Counted from the stretch's first letter, positions 26,640 to 36,957 are shown. The stretch is 64,000 nt of DNA from Elusimicrobiota bacterium (GCA_003482905.1 DMXM01000042.1:2398-66397); one strand, 5' to 3'. A program made the numbers and translations. The notes: a model not told the origin generated them from the letters alone.

Positions 26640-28545
26640 TCCCGTAAAAATGGAACGGCTAAGCGCTGCCCTGCTCGGCTCCGACGCCCGGGCCGTCCTG
26701 CGCCGCCTGGGCGGATCGGGAGCCATGGAACTCATCCGGTTAAAAGAGGGGCCGGACACCGCGCCGCTGCCGCCGCCCGACAACGCCGGCGCGCGGGAAT
26801 TTTGCCGGAGCCTGGCCTCAAGGGTGGAAGAACTGCGGCGGGCTCTGGGCCCCGGCGCCCTGAGCGCCTCAGCGCCGGGGGTTTTAACACCTGATGAGGC
26901 CGCGGCCTCTTTGTCCGCCCTGGAGTCGGAGGCAAAAATTATAATAAAGCGGCGTAGTTTGGCCGGTGAGGAAATGAAGGCCGCCGCCGCGGCCAGGGAA
27001 AAGATCTCCCCTTACGCGGCCCTGCCGCTGCCTTCCGACAGGCTCGCCGCGTTCTCATTTATACGCTGTTTCACCGGCACACTGCCCGTGGAAAACTTTA
27101 AGGCGCTGGCCGGGGCCCGCGCCGGAAAAAGCCTGCTCCTGCCCCTGGCTGAAAAGGACGGGCGATTTGTCGTACTGGGGTTAGCGGAGCGCGATAGCGC
27201 CGCGGCGCTGGCTTCGGACCTGAAGGCCGCCGGCTTCAGGCCGGAGGAGCCGCCGGCCCTGCCGGGGCTGACGCTGGAGGAGGCGGCGGCGCGCTTCGCT
27301 TCGGATGAAAAAACATCTGGCCGGGCGCTGCTCAGGGCCGAACAGGACCTGGCGGAAATGGCGGGCCGGATCTCGGGAACGCTGGCGGCCGTAGAAAACG
27401 CGGCGCTCGTAGAGGAGCGGCTGCTAGAGGCCGAGCGGTGCATGCCCGGGACAGGCTCCGCGGTACTGCTTTCCGGCTGGGTCCCCGTTCAAGAAACGGC
27501 GGCGCTGCGCTTTGAAATGTCCTCCGCCTCCTCCGGGCGCTGCGTGATAGAAGCCGGCGCGGAGGAAGGCGGCGCGCCGGTGCTGCTGCGCCCGCCGGCG
27601 TGGTTAAGGCCTTTTTTGGAAATGACAAAAGCTTACGGCCTGCCCGGGTACGGCGAGGTGGACCCGACCGCCTTCGCGGCTATAGTTTACGTTCTGCTGT
27701 TCGGGGCCATGTTCGGGGACGCCGGGCACGGGGCGATGGTCTGCGCCGGCGGGCTCTGGCTGGCCGCAAAGGGCCGTCCCTCCGCGCGCGCCGCTGGGCG
27801 CATAACTGCTTATTGCGGCCTGTCCGGAATAGTTTTTGGGCTGGCATACGGGAGTTATTTTGGATTGGAAAGTTTTAAAAAATACGCCCTTTGGCGCGAC
27901 CCTCTGGAAGGGGATCCTCTCGCGATGGTACTGGCGGCGGTGGCCGCGGGCGCGGTCGTCATCAGTCTGGGCGTGGTTCTCAACATCATAAACCGCGCCG
28001 GTTCCGGAGACAGGCTGGGCGCCGTCCTGGGCAGGTTCGGCGGGGCCGGGCTGTTGTTCTACTGGTGCGCCATACTTATGCTGACGGGAAAGCTGGGGAC
28101 CGGCTTCGGGCTCCCGGTCCTTGGCGCGGCCCTCGCCTGCTGGGCATTAAAGGAACCGCTCACATACCTGGCCGGGCGCGGGGAGGGCGGTAAAAATGAA
28201 GGAGGACTTGAGGCCTTGGCGGAGGGTTTTGTCGGGGCTTTCGAGGGCGTACTGCTGTACCTGGCCAATACGGTGAGCTTCGCCCGTCTCGCCGCTTACG
28301 CGATGAGCCATGCGGCGCTGCTGGCCTCCTCCTATACGCTGGCGGCCGCAGCGGACAAGGCCTGGGGCCCCGGCAGCCTGGCCGGCCTGCTGGCAATTAT
28401 CGCCGGGAACGCGGCGGCCATACTGCTGGAGGGGACAGTGGCGGCGGTACAGGCGCTGCGTCTGGAATATTATGAATTTTTCGGGAAATTCTTCGAGGGG
28501 GGAGGACGGCCGTTCAGGCCGTTCGTCCTGGAGGGTATAAAATGA
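26632..28545 (+). CDS. V/A-type ATPase subunit I (a-subunit homologue)
   Basis: 637 aa. Soluble N-terminal half plus a multi-TM C-terminal half with FARLAAYAMSHAALL and LRLEYYEFFGKFFEG motifs. Confidence 0.85.
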   Translation: MFSPVKMERLSAALLGSDARAVLRRLGGSGAMELIRLKEGPDTAPLPPPDNAGAREFCRSLASRVEELRRALGPGALSASAPGVLTPDEAAASLSALESEAKIIIKRRSLAGEEMKAAAAAREKISPYAALPLPSDRLAAFSFIRCFTGTLPVENFKALAGARAGKSLLLPLAEKDGRFVVLGLAERDSAAALASDLKAAGFRPEEPPALPGLTLEEAAARFASDEKTSGRALLRAEQDLAEMAGRISGTLAAVENAALVEERLLEAERCMPGTGSAVLLSGWVPVQETAALRFEMSSASSGRCVIEAGAEEGGAPVLLRPPAWLRPFLEMTKAYGLPGYGEVDPTAFAAIVYVLLFGAMFGDAGHGAMVCAGGLWLAAKGRPSARAAGRITAYCGLSGIVFGLAYGSYFGLESFKKYALWRDPLEGDPLAMVLAAVAAGAVVISLGVVLNIINRAGSGDRLGAVLGRFGGAGLLFYWCAILMLTGKLGTGFGLPVLGAALACWALKEPLTYLAGRGEGGKNEGGLEALAEGFVGAFEGVLLYLANTVSFARLAAYAMSHAALLASSYTLAAAADKAWGPGSLAGLLAIIAGNAAAILLEGTVAAVQALRLEYYEFFGKFFEGGGRPFRPFVLEGIK

Positions 28546-28871
28546 GAAACAAGAACGCGAAGTTATTGATGGGGCCGTTACCGGTAGTTATGGCGCTGTG
28601 TACAAGCGCTTCCGCCGCTTTACCCGGGGCCGGAGAGGCAGTAAGCGCCGCCGGGGGGAACGCGGTGGGACTCGGTTTCGCCGCCGCGCTGACCATGGCC
28701 TTGTGCGTGATGGGCTCGGCCTACGCCATTGGGCGCATCGGTTCCGCGGCCATGGGCGCCGCCGCGGAGAAGCCCGAACTGCTGATACGCAGCTTATTGT
28801 TCGTAGCCCTGGCCGAAGGCCTCGCCGTGCTCGGCTTCGTTATTTCCATGATGATGATCCAGAAGATCTGA
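28542..28871 (+). CDS. V/A-type ATPase proteolipid subunit K/c (single hairpin plus an N-terminal hydrophobic extension)
   Basis: GSAYAIGRIGSAAMGAAAEKPE loop; carboxylate helix LFVALAEGLAVLGFVISMMM. ATGA overlap with the subunit I stop. Confidence 0.85.
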   Translation: MRNKNAKLLMGPLPVVMALCTSASAALPGAGEAVSAAGGNAVGLGFAAALTMALCVMGSAYAIGRIGSAAMGAAAEKPELLIRSLLFVALAEGLAVLGFVISMMMIQKI

Positions 28872-28874
28872 AAT

Positions 28875-29105
28875 ATGAAGTTCTATTGCATAGGCGACGA
28901 GGAAACCGCGCGCGGCTTGCGCCTGGCCGGGGTGGAGGCCAGAGTTGTAAGCGACGCGCGCGGGGCCGCCGAGGCCCTCTCCCTGGCGGCAGGGCGCAAG
29001 GATTGCGGTGTGATCATAATGACGGCGGCGGCCGCGGCGCTGGTGAGGACGCAAGTGGACGAGATAAAACTGGAGCGCGCCGGACCGCTGATAGTGGAGA
29101 TATAA
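28875..29105 (+). CDS. V/A-type ATPase subunit F
   Basis: MKFYCIGDEETARGLRLAGVEARVV...GVIIMT...PLIVEI. Confidence 0.85.
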   Translation: MKFYCIGDEETARGLRLAGVEARVVSDARGAAEALSLAAGRKDCGVIIMTAAAAALVRTQVDEIKLERAGPLIVEI

Positions 29106-29737
29106 TGGAAATCCTTGGAAGCGCCGAGTCCCTTAAAAGGGCGATATTGGAGAAAGCCGGGAGCGAGAGCTCCGCCGTCATGGCGGCCGCTTTATCCGAG
29201 GCTGAATCCATTCTTGCCTCGGCGAGGGAGAGAGCGTCCAAGGATAGGGCGGCGCGCCTGGAAGCGGCGCTGGCGGAGGGCGCGCGCCGGCGGGAAATGA
29301 TGATGGCCTCCGTTCCGCTGGAAGCCGGGCGCTTGCGCGCCCTCCGCCTGGAAGCCCTGCTCGACGCTATAAAGGAGGAGGCTTTGGCCAGGCTGAAGGC
29401 CGAAGCCGGCGGGGCGGGCGGGTCCGCCGTGGCCGCGGGGCTGGCCGCGCAGGCGGTAAGGGTCATGGAAGGGAACGAATTTGTGATCACGCTGGGCGCC
29501 GGTGATGTTCCGAAGGCGGCGGGGCTCGCCGCGGAAATAGAGCGGCTGGCGGGGCGCGGGCCGCTGGCTGTTTCCTTCGAAGAGGATCCGGGTCTTGACG
29601 GCGGGGTCAGGGTGCGGGATGGCGGGGGGCGTCAATACTGGGACAACAGTTTCAGGGCCAGGCTTGAAAGATCATGGCCGGTCCTGCGCGGGCGCCTGCT
29701 GCCCGACGGCGCCGGCGTGAACCGGAGGAAAGCATGA
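29105..29737 (+). CDS. V/A-type ATPase subunit E
   Basis: MEILGSAESLKRAILEKAGSES... long N-terminal helix plus a C-terminal globular part (GGVRVRDGGGRQYWDNSFRARLE). The ATG overlaps the F stop. The track ORF from 28598 is a shadow extension. Confidence 0.75.
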   Translation: MEILGSAESLKRAILEKAGSESSAVMAAALSEAESILASARERASKDRAARLEAALAEGARRREMMMASVPLEAGRLRALRLEALLDAIKEEALARLKAEAGGAGGSAVAAGLAAQAVRVMEGNEFVITLGAGDVPKAAGLAAEIERLAGRGPLAVSFEEDPGLDGGVRVRDGGGRQYWDNSFRARLERSWPVLRGRLLPDGAGVNRRKA

Positions 29738-31524
29738 ACGCCGCGCAAGAAGGGGACAAGCCCCGGGTAACGCGGGTGAGCGGACCGGTGGTCACGGTGA
29801 AGGGCATGGGTGAAGCGCTCATGTACGAAGTGGTGCGGGTGGGCGAACTGGGCCTTGTGGGAGAGGTGGTAAGACAAGCCGGCGACCTGGCCACGGTGCA
29901 GGTCTACGAGGACACCTCCATGCTCAAGCCAGGAGCTATAGTGGAGCGTACCGGGGAACCGCTGTCTTTGTGGCTGGGGCCCGGGCTAATCGGGAATATT
30001 TACGACGGGATACAACGGCCGCTGCCCGCCCTGCGCGCGCTTGCCGGCGTCTGGATACGGCGCGGCGACAAAGCGGACCCGCTGGACGCGAACAGGCGCT
30101 GGGAGTTCAAGCCGCTGCTGCGGCCCGGGCAAAAGGTCGCCGCCGGCCAGGCCGCCGGTCTGGTGATGGAGACGCCGCTGGTGGAGCATAAAATAATGAT
30201 CCCGCCGGGGGTGGAGGGGACGGTGCGGTCGGCCGCCGGGCCGGGCAGCTACACTATAAACGAGACCCTGGCCGTTATAGACACGCCCTCGGGCCAGGCC
30301 GAAGTTACGATGCTGCAGAAATGGCCGGTGCGCCGGCCGCGCCCTGCGCGCGAGCGCCGCCGCGTGGAAGAGCCCCTGGTGACCGGCCAGCGCGTGATAG
30401 ACACGTTCTTCCCGCTGGGTAAAGGCGGGGCCGCCTGCATTCCCGGCGGCTTCGGCACCGGCAAAACAATTACCCAGCACCAGCTGGCTAAGTGGTCCGA
30501 CGCCGGGATAATAATATTCATAGGCTGCGGAGAGCGCGGCAACGAGATGACCGAAGTGCTGCGCGAGTTCCCGGAGCTTAAGGACCCGCGCACAGGCCGG
30601 CCGCTGATGGAGAGGACCATCCTTATAGCCAATACCTCCAACATGCCGGTGGCGGCGCGCGAAATTTCCATCTACACGGGCATCACCCTGGCCGAGTATT
30701 ACCGTGACATGGGCTACGACGTGGCGGTCTTCGCCGACTCCACCAGCCGCTGGGCGGAAGCCCTGCGCGAAATGGCGGCACGGCTGGAAGAAATGCCGGC
30801 GGAGGAGGGGTTTCCGGCCAGCCTCCCGTCGCGCCTCGCCCAGTTCTACGAGCGCGGCGGCGCGGTAACCACGCTGGGTGGTGACAGAGGCTCGGTAAGC
30901 ATAGTGGGGGCGGTAAGCCCCCCGGGCGGGGATTTCTCGGAGCCGGTCACGCAGCATACCCGGCGCTTCACCCGTGTTTTCTGGTCGTTGGATACGGAAC
31001 TCGCCAACGCCAGGCATTACCCGGCCATAAACTGGCTGCGTTCCTATTCCGACTACCTCGACGAGGTAGGGGGGAGCTGGGAGCGGGCGGCTCCCGGCTG
31101 GCGGGCGCTGCGCGACGAGGCCATGGAGGTGATGCAGCGCGAGGAGCATTACCGCCAGATAGCCAGGCTGGTGGGGCCGGATTCCCTGCCGGACAGCCAG
31201 CGGCTGTTCCTTTTTATAGGCGGCGTGATGCGCGACGGCTTCCTGTCGCAGAACGCCTTTGAGCCGGAGGACGCCTACTGCCCGCTGGAAAAACAGGCGG
31301 CGCTGCTCGGCGTGATCATGGCCCTTTACCGCGGCGGGCGGGACCTGATAAAGGCGGGGACGGCGCTGGCGGCCCTGACGGCCCTGCCGTGCGTGCCGGA
31401 GATCCTGCGCGCGAAAACCGACTACGCGGGCGGCGACCTCGAAGGTCTGGCGCGGCTGGCGGCGCGCGTGGCCGGCGAGCTGGAAGGATTAAACAAGCGG
31501 ACCGCCGGCGGGGAGGCCTCATGA
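29734..31524 (+). CDS. V/A-type ATPase catalytic subunit A
   Basis: Walker [10 protein letters not shown]; [12 protein letters not shown]; [17 protein letters not shown]; [27 protein letters not shown]; ATGA overlap with the E stop. Confidence 0.97.
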   Translation: MNAAQEGDKPRVTRVSGPVVTVKGMGEALMYEVVRVGELGLVGEVVRQAGDLATVQVYEDTSMLKPGAIVERTGEPLSLWLGPGLIGNIYDGIQRPLPALRALAGVWIRRGDKADPLDANRRWEFKPLLRPGQKVAAGQAAGLVMETPLVEHKIMIPPGVEGTVRSAAGPGSYTINETLAVIDTPSGQAEVTMLQKWPVRRPRPARERRRVEEPLVTGQRVIDTFFPLGKGGAACIPGGFGTGKTITQHQLAKWSDAGIIIFIGCGERGNEMTEVLREFPELKDPRTGRPLMERTILIANTSNMPVAAREISIYTGITLAEYYRDMGYDVAVFADSTSRWAEALREMAARLEEMPAEEGFPASLPSRLAQFYERGGAVTTLGGDRGSVSIVGAVSPPGGDFSEPVTQHTRRFTRVFWSLDTELANARHYPAINWLRSYSDYLDEVGGSWERAAPGWRALRDEAMEVMQREEHYRQIARLVGPDSLPDSQRLFLFIGGVMRDGFLSQNAFEPEDAYCPLEKQAALLGVIMALYRGGRDLIKAGTALAALTALPCVPEILRAKTDYAGGDLEGLARLAARVAGELEGLNKRTAGGEAS

Positions 31525-32927
31525 ACTACGAAGCGGACCGCGGGCTGGAATACAAAGGAGCCTCGCGCATAGAGGGGCCGCTGGTGGTGGTGGAGCGCGT
31601 GCGCGACGCCGGCTACGACGAACTGGTGGAAATAAGGGGCCCGGGCGGGCAGCCCCGCCTCGGGCGCGTGCTGGAGATCTCGGAGAACCATGCGCTGGTG
31701 CAGGTGCTCGAGGGCACCGACGGGCTGTCGGGCGGCACCGTGCGCGCCCGCTTCCTCGGGGAAAGCCTGCGGCTGCCGGTTTCGCGGAGCATGCTGGGGC
31801 GTGTTTTCGACGGCCTGGGCCGGCCCGCCGACGGCGGGCCGCCGCCTCTCTCCGGCGACAGGCGCGACGTGAACGGCGCGCCCATAAACCCCGTGGCCCG
31901 GCGCTACCCGAGAGAATTCATACAGACCGGGATCTCCGCCATAGACGGCATGAACGCCCTGGTGCGCGGCCAGAAGCTGCCGATCTTCTCCGGCAACGGC
32001 CTCCCGCACGACCGCGTCTGCGCGCAGCTGGTGAGGCAGGCGAAGCTGCCGGGTGAAAGCACGGAGTTCTCCATAGTCTTCGCCGCCATGGGGGTCAAGC
32101 GGGATGTGGCCGATTTTTTTATGCGGGACTTCGCCGGCTCGGGGGCGCTGGGCCGCGTGGCGATGTTCCTGTCCCTGGCCGACGCGCCCGGCGTAGAGCG
32201 CCTGCTTACGCCGCGCGCCGCGCTGACGCTGGCGGAGCACCTGGCCTTCGACTGCGGGCAGCACGTGCTTGTGGTGCTGACCGACATGACCAATTACTGC
32301 GAAAGCCTGCGCGAGGTGGGCACGGCCAGGGGGGAGATCCCCGGCCGCAAGGGCTATCCCGGCTACCTGTACTCCGACCTGGCCGCCATCTACGAACGGG
32401 CCGGCCGCGTCGAGGGCTCGCCAGGCTCCATCACCCAGACCGCCATATTGACCATGCCTTCCGACGATATAAGCCACCCGGTGCCGGACCTGACGGGTTA
32501 TATCACCGAAGGGCAGATAGTGCTGGACCGCGACCTATTCCAGCGGGGCGTCTACCCGCCCATAGCCGGGCTGCCGAGCCTGTCGAGGCTGATGAAGGAC
32601 GGGATCGGCAAGGGCTATACCCGGGAAGACCACCCCGCTCTGGCGAGCCAGTTGTTCGCCTGTTACGCCTATGTTAAACGCGTGCGCGCGCTGGCCGATA
32701 TTATCGGCGAGGAGGAATTGAGCGCGGGGGATAAGGTGTATATGAAGTTCGGGGAGGCTTTTGAAAAACGCTTTCTCACGCAGGGAGAGCGGGAGGACAG
32801 GCCGATAGCCGGGACGCTGGACCTGGGCTGGGAGATCTTGTCGCTGCTGCCGCGCGAGGAACTTCACCGGGTAAGCGCGGCCCTGCTCGATGAGCGCCAT
32901 GGGAAAGGATTAAAAACCAAGGGCTAA
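31521..32927 (+). CDS. V/A-type ATPase subunit B
   Basis: [18 protein letters not shown]; [20 protein letters not shown]; [26 protein letters not shown] overlap with the A stop. Confidence 0.97.
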   Translation: MNYEADRGLEYKGASRIEGPLVVVERVRDAGYDELVEIRGPGGQPRLGRVLEISENHALVQVLEGTDGLSGGTVRARFLGESLRLPVSRSMLGRVFDGLGRPADGGPPPLSGDRRDVNGAPINPVARRYPREFIQTGISAIDGMNALVRGQKLPIFSGNGLPHDRVCAQLVRQAKLPGESTEFSIVFAAMGVKRDVADFFMRDFAGSGALGRVAMFLSLADAPGVERLLTPRAALTLAEHLAFDCGQHVLVVLTDMTNYCESLREVGTARGEIPGRKGYPGYLYSDLAAIYERAGRVEGSPGSITQTAILTMPSDDISHPVPDLTGYITEGQIVLDRDLFQRGVYPPIAGLPSLSRLMKDGIGKGYTREDHPALASQLFACYAYVKRVRALADIIGEEELSAGDKVYMKFGEAFEKRFLTQGEREDRPIAGTLDLGWEILSLLPREELHRVSAALLDERHGKGLKTKG

Positions 32928-32937
32928 AGGAGGGGAT

Positions 32938-33591
32938 ATGGCTTTATTGAATATGCCGGCCACGAAGTCCGCCGTCCTGGAACTTCGCCGTCAGCTGGTT
33001 TTCGCGGAGGAAGGCTTCTCCCTGCTGGACCAAAAAAAAGAATTGCTGCTGGCGGAGCTGGCGGAACGCTCCGGGCGCGCCGCGCGGGAGAGGACGCTGG
33101 CGCAAAAGGCTCTCGGGAAGGCGTTCGCCGATCTGCGCGAGGCCGAACTGGACGCCGGGTCGGAGGCCGTGGCCAGGGCGGCGCTCGGGGCGAGGCCGGC
33201 CTATAGAATGGAGATCAGGGAGCGCCGGCTGATGGGGATAAAATTGCCGGAAGCCCTGGCGGCGGCGGAGACGCCCGCCGCCGCGTTCGGCCCGGGCGGC
33301 ACTCCGGCCGCGGCGGCGGCCGCGGCCCGCTCGTTCACGGCCGCTCTGACGTTTTTGGCCGCGTTAGCGGGGAGCGAGACCTCCGCGCTGCGCCTGGCCC
33401 GCGAGCTGAAAAAGACGCAGCGCCGCTGCAACGCCCTTTCGAAGAAGATCATCCCGGACTGCCGGGAGACCATGGCTTATCTGGGCGGTTCCCTGGAGGA
33501 GCGCGAAAGAGAATCTTTTGTGATACTGAAGATGATCAGGAACAGGCTGAGGCTGGAGGGAAACCGGGCGGATCAGCGGCGCGCCGTGTGA
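32938..33591 (+). CDS. V/A-type ATPase subunit D
   Basis: PATKSAVLELRRQLVFAEEGFSLLDQKKELLLAEL; C-terminus LEERERESFVILKMI. Confidence 0.9.
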   Translation: MALLNMPATKSAVLELRRQLVFAEEGFSLLDQKKELLLAELAERSGRAARERTLAQKALGKAFADLREAELDAGSEAVARAALGARPAYRMEIRERRLMGIKLPEALAAAETPAAAFGPGGTPAAAAAAARSFTAALTFLAALAGSETSALRLARELKKTQRRCNALSKKIIPDCRETMAYLGGSLEERERESFVILKMIRNRLRLEGNRADQRRAV

Positions 33592-34277
33592 ACGGCCACC
33601 GCTCCAGGGCAGAGGATATTCGCCGAAACGTCGCGGAACCCGGCTTCGCAAAGCAAGGCGGAGAACTGGGCGGCGGAATAAAAATTCAATATCGTATTCC
33701 TAAGGAAGGAATACGAGGCGCGGCTTTTGGGGGAGAGCAGGTTGAGCAGGGCTATGACGGCTATCACATAGGCCCGCATTAAAAACCAGAGCGCCGGATT
33801 CTCCGGCCGGGTGGTTTCCAGGTTAAGAAAAAAACCGCCCGGTTTAAGCACCCGGCCGAACTCGCGCAGGGCGGCCAGCATTTTTTCCCGGTCTATGTTG
33901 AGATTGCGCGTGGCGAAGGAGATCGTGACCAGGTCGAAAACGGCGTCCGGGAAGGGGAGTTCCTTGGCCTCGGCCCGCAGAAAGGTTGTTTCCGGGTGTT
34001 TGGTCCTGGCGGAGGAGAGCATGGCGGGGCTGAGGTCGGCGCCGCAGATCTCCGCGCCCGGAGCGAGGCATTTTTTCAGGGCCGCGGAAAAATCACCGGT
34101 GCCGCAGCAGACGTCCAGGGCTTTTGCCCGCCCGGGGGCCAGCCGGCCGGCCGCGGCGGCGGCCCGGGCGCGCCAGTAACGGTCCAGGCCGAAGGTCAAC
34201 AGGGAATTGGCCGCTCCGTAAAAAAGGTAAATGCCGTCATAAAACCCGGCTATCGCCAGTTCTGTTTTTGACGGCAT
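33573..34277 (-). CDS. Class I SAM-dependent methyltransferase, UbiE/MenG family
   Basis: YDGIYLFYGAANSLLTFGLDRYWR (UbiE-type N-terminal motif); SAM motif I LDVCCGTGDF; post-II VTISFATRN. Confidence 0.8.
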   Translation of the reverse strand: MPSKTELAIAGFYDGIYLFYGAANSLLTFGLDRYWRARAAAAAGRLAPGRAKALDVCCGTGDFSAALKKCLAPGAEICGADLSPAMLSSARTKHPETTFLRAEAKELPFPDAVFDLVTISFATRNLNIDREKMLAALREFGRVLKPGGFFLNLETTRPENPALWFLMRAYVIAVIALLNLLSPKSRASYSFLRNTILNFYSAAQFSALLCEAGFRDVSANILCPGAVAVHTARR

Positions 34278-34302
34278 TTAACGTGCGGACCGAAGGAAAA
34301 AA

Positions 34303-34476
34303 CTATTTTTTCTCTTCTTTGTTGTCGTTTTCGGCCACGAACTTCTTGATCTCTTCAAAACCCTCTATGATGAGGCGGGCTTTGGAGAGGCCGAAAGAGA
34401 ACGGGTATTTGTCGTTCTCGTTCCTCTTGAGTATGAGGACGGGCTGGCCTTTGTATTCTGTTCTTTCAACTATCAT
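34303..34476 (-). CDS. 57-aa hypothetical protein (not in the ORF track)
   Basis: MIVERTEYKGQPVLILKRNENDKYPFSFGLSKARLIIEGFEEIKKFVAENDNKEEKK. Strong SD GGAGGGAG 7 nt before the ATG. It lies 25 nt upstream of the methyltransferase gene on the same strand. Confidence 0.6.
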   Translation of the reverse strand: MIVERTEYKGQPVLILKRNENDKYPFSFGLSKARLIIEGFEEIKKFVAENDNKEEKK

Positions 34477-34648
34477 AATTTGCTCCCTCCACGCGCTTAA
34501 GCGTTCAAGTCCTTATGCTAGCATAAAAATATCGCGCGATTCAATAATAATAAATATTAAGGCCGGGCCTCGCGGCGAGGCCCGGCCTTTTCCCACTCCC
34601 GTTTGTGCGGGACCCGGGGCCGGAGGGCGAGATTTTCTTTTTTATCTA

Positions 34649-34676
34649 TTGACCTGTAATAGTTATTTAATATAAT
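34649..34676 (+). promoter_or_regulatory. Sigma-70-type promoter for the pilM operon
   Basis: TTGACC (34649-34654), 16-nt spacer, TATAAT (34671-34676). Confidence 0.55.
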
Positions 34677-34746
34677 TGTTCTATAACTAAGTTGTGGAGT
34701 TAAATTAAGCGCGGTTCGGGATGGCGCGGAGGGCTTTTAAAACTTA

Positions 34747-35853
34747 ATGCTTTCAAATCTGGCGAAAATGATGTTCCCGCCCAAAGAGGTGCTGGGGATC
34801 GACATCGGGAATTGCGCCGTCAAGATAGTTTTTTTTGCCGAAGAGAAAAAAGTGCTGAGACTCAAGGACTGGGGCTACATCCCGCTGGCCATAAAAGCGG
34901 ATACCCCGCCCGAAGAGAAAAAGGCGATAATCTCCCAGGAAATTAAGAGCTATCTCAGGAAGAAGGGCATTCAGGCCCGCTACGCCGCCGCCTCCATTTC
35001 CGGCAACGCCGTGATAGTGCGCTACGTCAAACTCCCCAAACTTTCAAAAAAAGAGCTGGCCCTGACCATAAACGTGGAAGCCGAGCCTTTTATTCCCTTC
35101 GACATCAAAGACGTGAATCTGACCTACTATATACTCAACGAAACCTCCGATAGCGGCGAGCCCAAAATGGATACGGTCCTGGTGGCCGCCAAGAGGGAGG
35201 CCGTGCAGGACAAAATAGACATAATTTCCGGGGCCGGACTCGACCCGCTTATCATAGACGTGGATTCTTTCGCGCTGGAAACCCTTTACGGCGCGCTGGC
35301 GCCCGGGGAGGCCAGTTCGGTGCTTCTTCTCAACATCGGGCAGAAGGTCACCAACCTTTCCATCGTGTCGCAGGGCGTCACCCGCGTGGTCAGGGACATC
35401 TTCATCGCCGGCGCCACCTTTGACAAGGCCATCTCCAAGATCCTCAAGACCGACGCCGCCGCCGCGGAAGCGGCCAAGCGCGTCAAGTCCGTGATCGTGT
35501 CCGACGAGGACAAGGCCGCGGCCATCGAGGCTTTCGACCGGGACGGCATAGCCGTTTCAAAAGCCGCCGCCGGAGTACTGAGGGACCTGTATACGGAGGT
35601 TTCCCGCTCCATAGACTTCTACCTCTCCCAGGGCGTGGACCATTCCATCTCGAAAATAATACTTTCCGGCGGTATGGCCAACCTCGGGAATATCTCAAAA
35701 TTCCTGGCCGCGGAATTTAAGGTGCCGGTGGAAATAATGAACCCGCTTGCGTTCCTGACCGAGACCCCCAAGAACATACCGGCGGACGTGCTGCCCTCGC
35801 TGGCGGTAGCGTCCGGCCTGGCCCTGCGCAAGCTGAAGGACTGGGAAGAATGA
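34747..35853 (+). CDS. pilM: Type IV pilus assembly protein PilM
   Basis: Actin-like ATPase fold, LGIDIGNCAVKIV; size and operon context with pilNOPQ. Confidence 0.9.
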   Translation: MLSNLAKMMFPPKEVLGIDIGNCAVKIVFFAEEKKVLRLKDWGYIPLAIKADTPPEEKKAIISQEIKSYLRKKGIQARYAAASISGNAVIVRYVKLPKLSKKELALTINVEAEPFIPFDIKDVNLTYYILNETSDSGEPKMDTVLVAAKREAVQDKIDIISGAGLDPLIIDVDSFALETLYGALAPGEASSVLLLNIGQKVTNLSIVSQGVTRVVRDIFIAGATFDKAISKILKTDAAAAEAAKRVKSVIVSDEDKAAAIEAFDRDGIAVSKAAAGVLRDLYTEVSRSIDFYLSQGVDHSISKIILSGGMANLGNISKFLAAEFKVPVEIMNPLAFLTETPKNIPADVLPSLAVASGLALRKLKDWEE

Positions 35854-36401
35854 TCAGGATCAACCTCATTCCCCCCGAATACATCGAACGGATAAACCGC
35901 AAGGCCGTCATTGCCAAGGCCGTGCTCGCCGGCGTGGTGGTGGTGGTCAGCCTGGTGGTGGCGTCGCTTTGGCACATAACCCGCGCCAAGGCCATTGGCT
36001 CAACCCTGGCCCAGCGCGAGATAGAATTGAAGACGCTGCAGAAAGACGTGGACCAGGTGAAAGCCATTGAGGCGCAGATAGACGAGGTGCAGCGCTACCT
36101 GAATTCCATCGCCAGGATAAATAAGGGGCGCTTCACCTACACGCATTTCCTGCAGGACCTCACCAGCGACCTGCCTTCAACTATCTGGTTCACGGGGGTG
36201 AACACGTCGGTCAGCGGCGATCTGCTCAAAGTGGACCTGGCGGTGAACTCAAATTCCGCCTATGATCTGGCCTATTGGATAAATTCCCTGGAGACGTCCG
36301 GGCAGTACTCCGACGTGGGGGTCGGCGGCATCTCCATTTCCGACACGCCGGAGGGGAGGCGCTTCACCGCGCCGATCAACCTCAAGTACACCTACAGGTA
36401 G
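35850..36401 (+). CDS. pilN: Type IV pilus assembly protein PilN
   Basis: MIRINLIPPEY followed by a single TM; ATGA overlap with pilM. Confidence 0.85.
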   Translation: MIRINLIPPEYIERINRKAVIAKAVLAGVVVVVSLVVASLWHITRAKAIGSTLAQREIELKTLQKDVDQVKAIEAQIDEVQRYLNSIARINKGRFTYTHFLQDLTSDLPSTIWFTGVNTSVSGDLLKVDLAVNSNSAYDLAYWINSLETSGQYSDVGVGGISISDTPEGRRFTAPINLKYTYR

Positions 36402-36405
36402 AACC

Positions 36406-36957
36406 ATGGATAAGATAAAACTGACAAAGGAACAGCTGGGCCAGATCTTCGCGGGCCTGCTTTTCAGCGGCCTGTTCATTTACGGTTACCTGTTCTATTT
36501 CTGGCTGCCTACGGCCAAGAAGATAGAGGAGAATACCAAAAAGGTAGCCTCCATCGAGGCAGATATCAACAAGGCTAAAATGCAGAAGGCCAAGTATAAA
36601 GATCTCGAGTCCAAACTGGCCAGCCTGCGCGAAGAGAAAGAGGCGGCCCAGAAGAAACTGCCCCGCGAGCGCAAACTGCCGGACCTGTTGCGCACCATAA
36701 CGGCCCTGAGCCGCAAATACAAGGTGGATGTAAAGTCTATAACTCCCTCCGGCAGCGCGCCGGTGGAGTATTTCACCCGGGTGTCCTATGGCATAAGCCT
36801 GACCGGCAACTATCACGACGTGGGCCGGTTTCTCACGGCCCTGGGACTGGAGGAGAGGATAATGACGGCGGAGAATCTCAGCCTGTCCGCCACCGCCGGC
36901 CAGGAAACCTCCGTGAGCGCCCAATTCACGCTGGTGGCTTATCAATATAATGGTTAA
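36406..36957 (+). CDS. pilO: Type IV pilus assembly protein PilO
   Basis: TM plus coiled coil (IEADINKAKMQKAKYKDLESKL), then LPRERKLPDLLRTITAL. Confidence 0.8.
   Translation: MDKIKLTKEQLGQIFAGLLFSGLFIYGYLFYFWLPTAKKIEENTKKVASIEADINKAKMQKAKYKDLESKLASLREEKEAAQKKLPRERKLPDLLRTITALSRKYKVDVKSITPSGSAPVEYFTRVSYGISLTGNYHDVGRFLTALGLEERIMTAENLSLSATAGQETSVSAQFTLVAYQYNG

Noticed and set aside
29986-32477. 387-aa and 351-aa minus-strand ORFs opposite the V-type A and B subunits
   Set aside because: Same reasoning: antisense to genes with Walker motifs and full-length family similarity.
34124-34675. 183-aa + strand ORF
   Set aside because: It overlaps the 5' end of the UbiE-like gene, the well-signalled 57-aa minus-strand ORF and the intergenic promoter region. 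Its sequence is low-complexity Ser/Leu/Arg junk.
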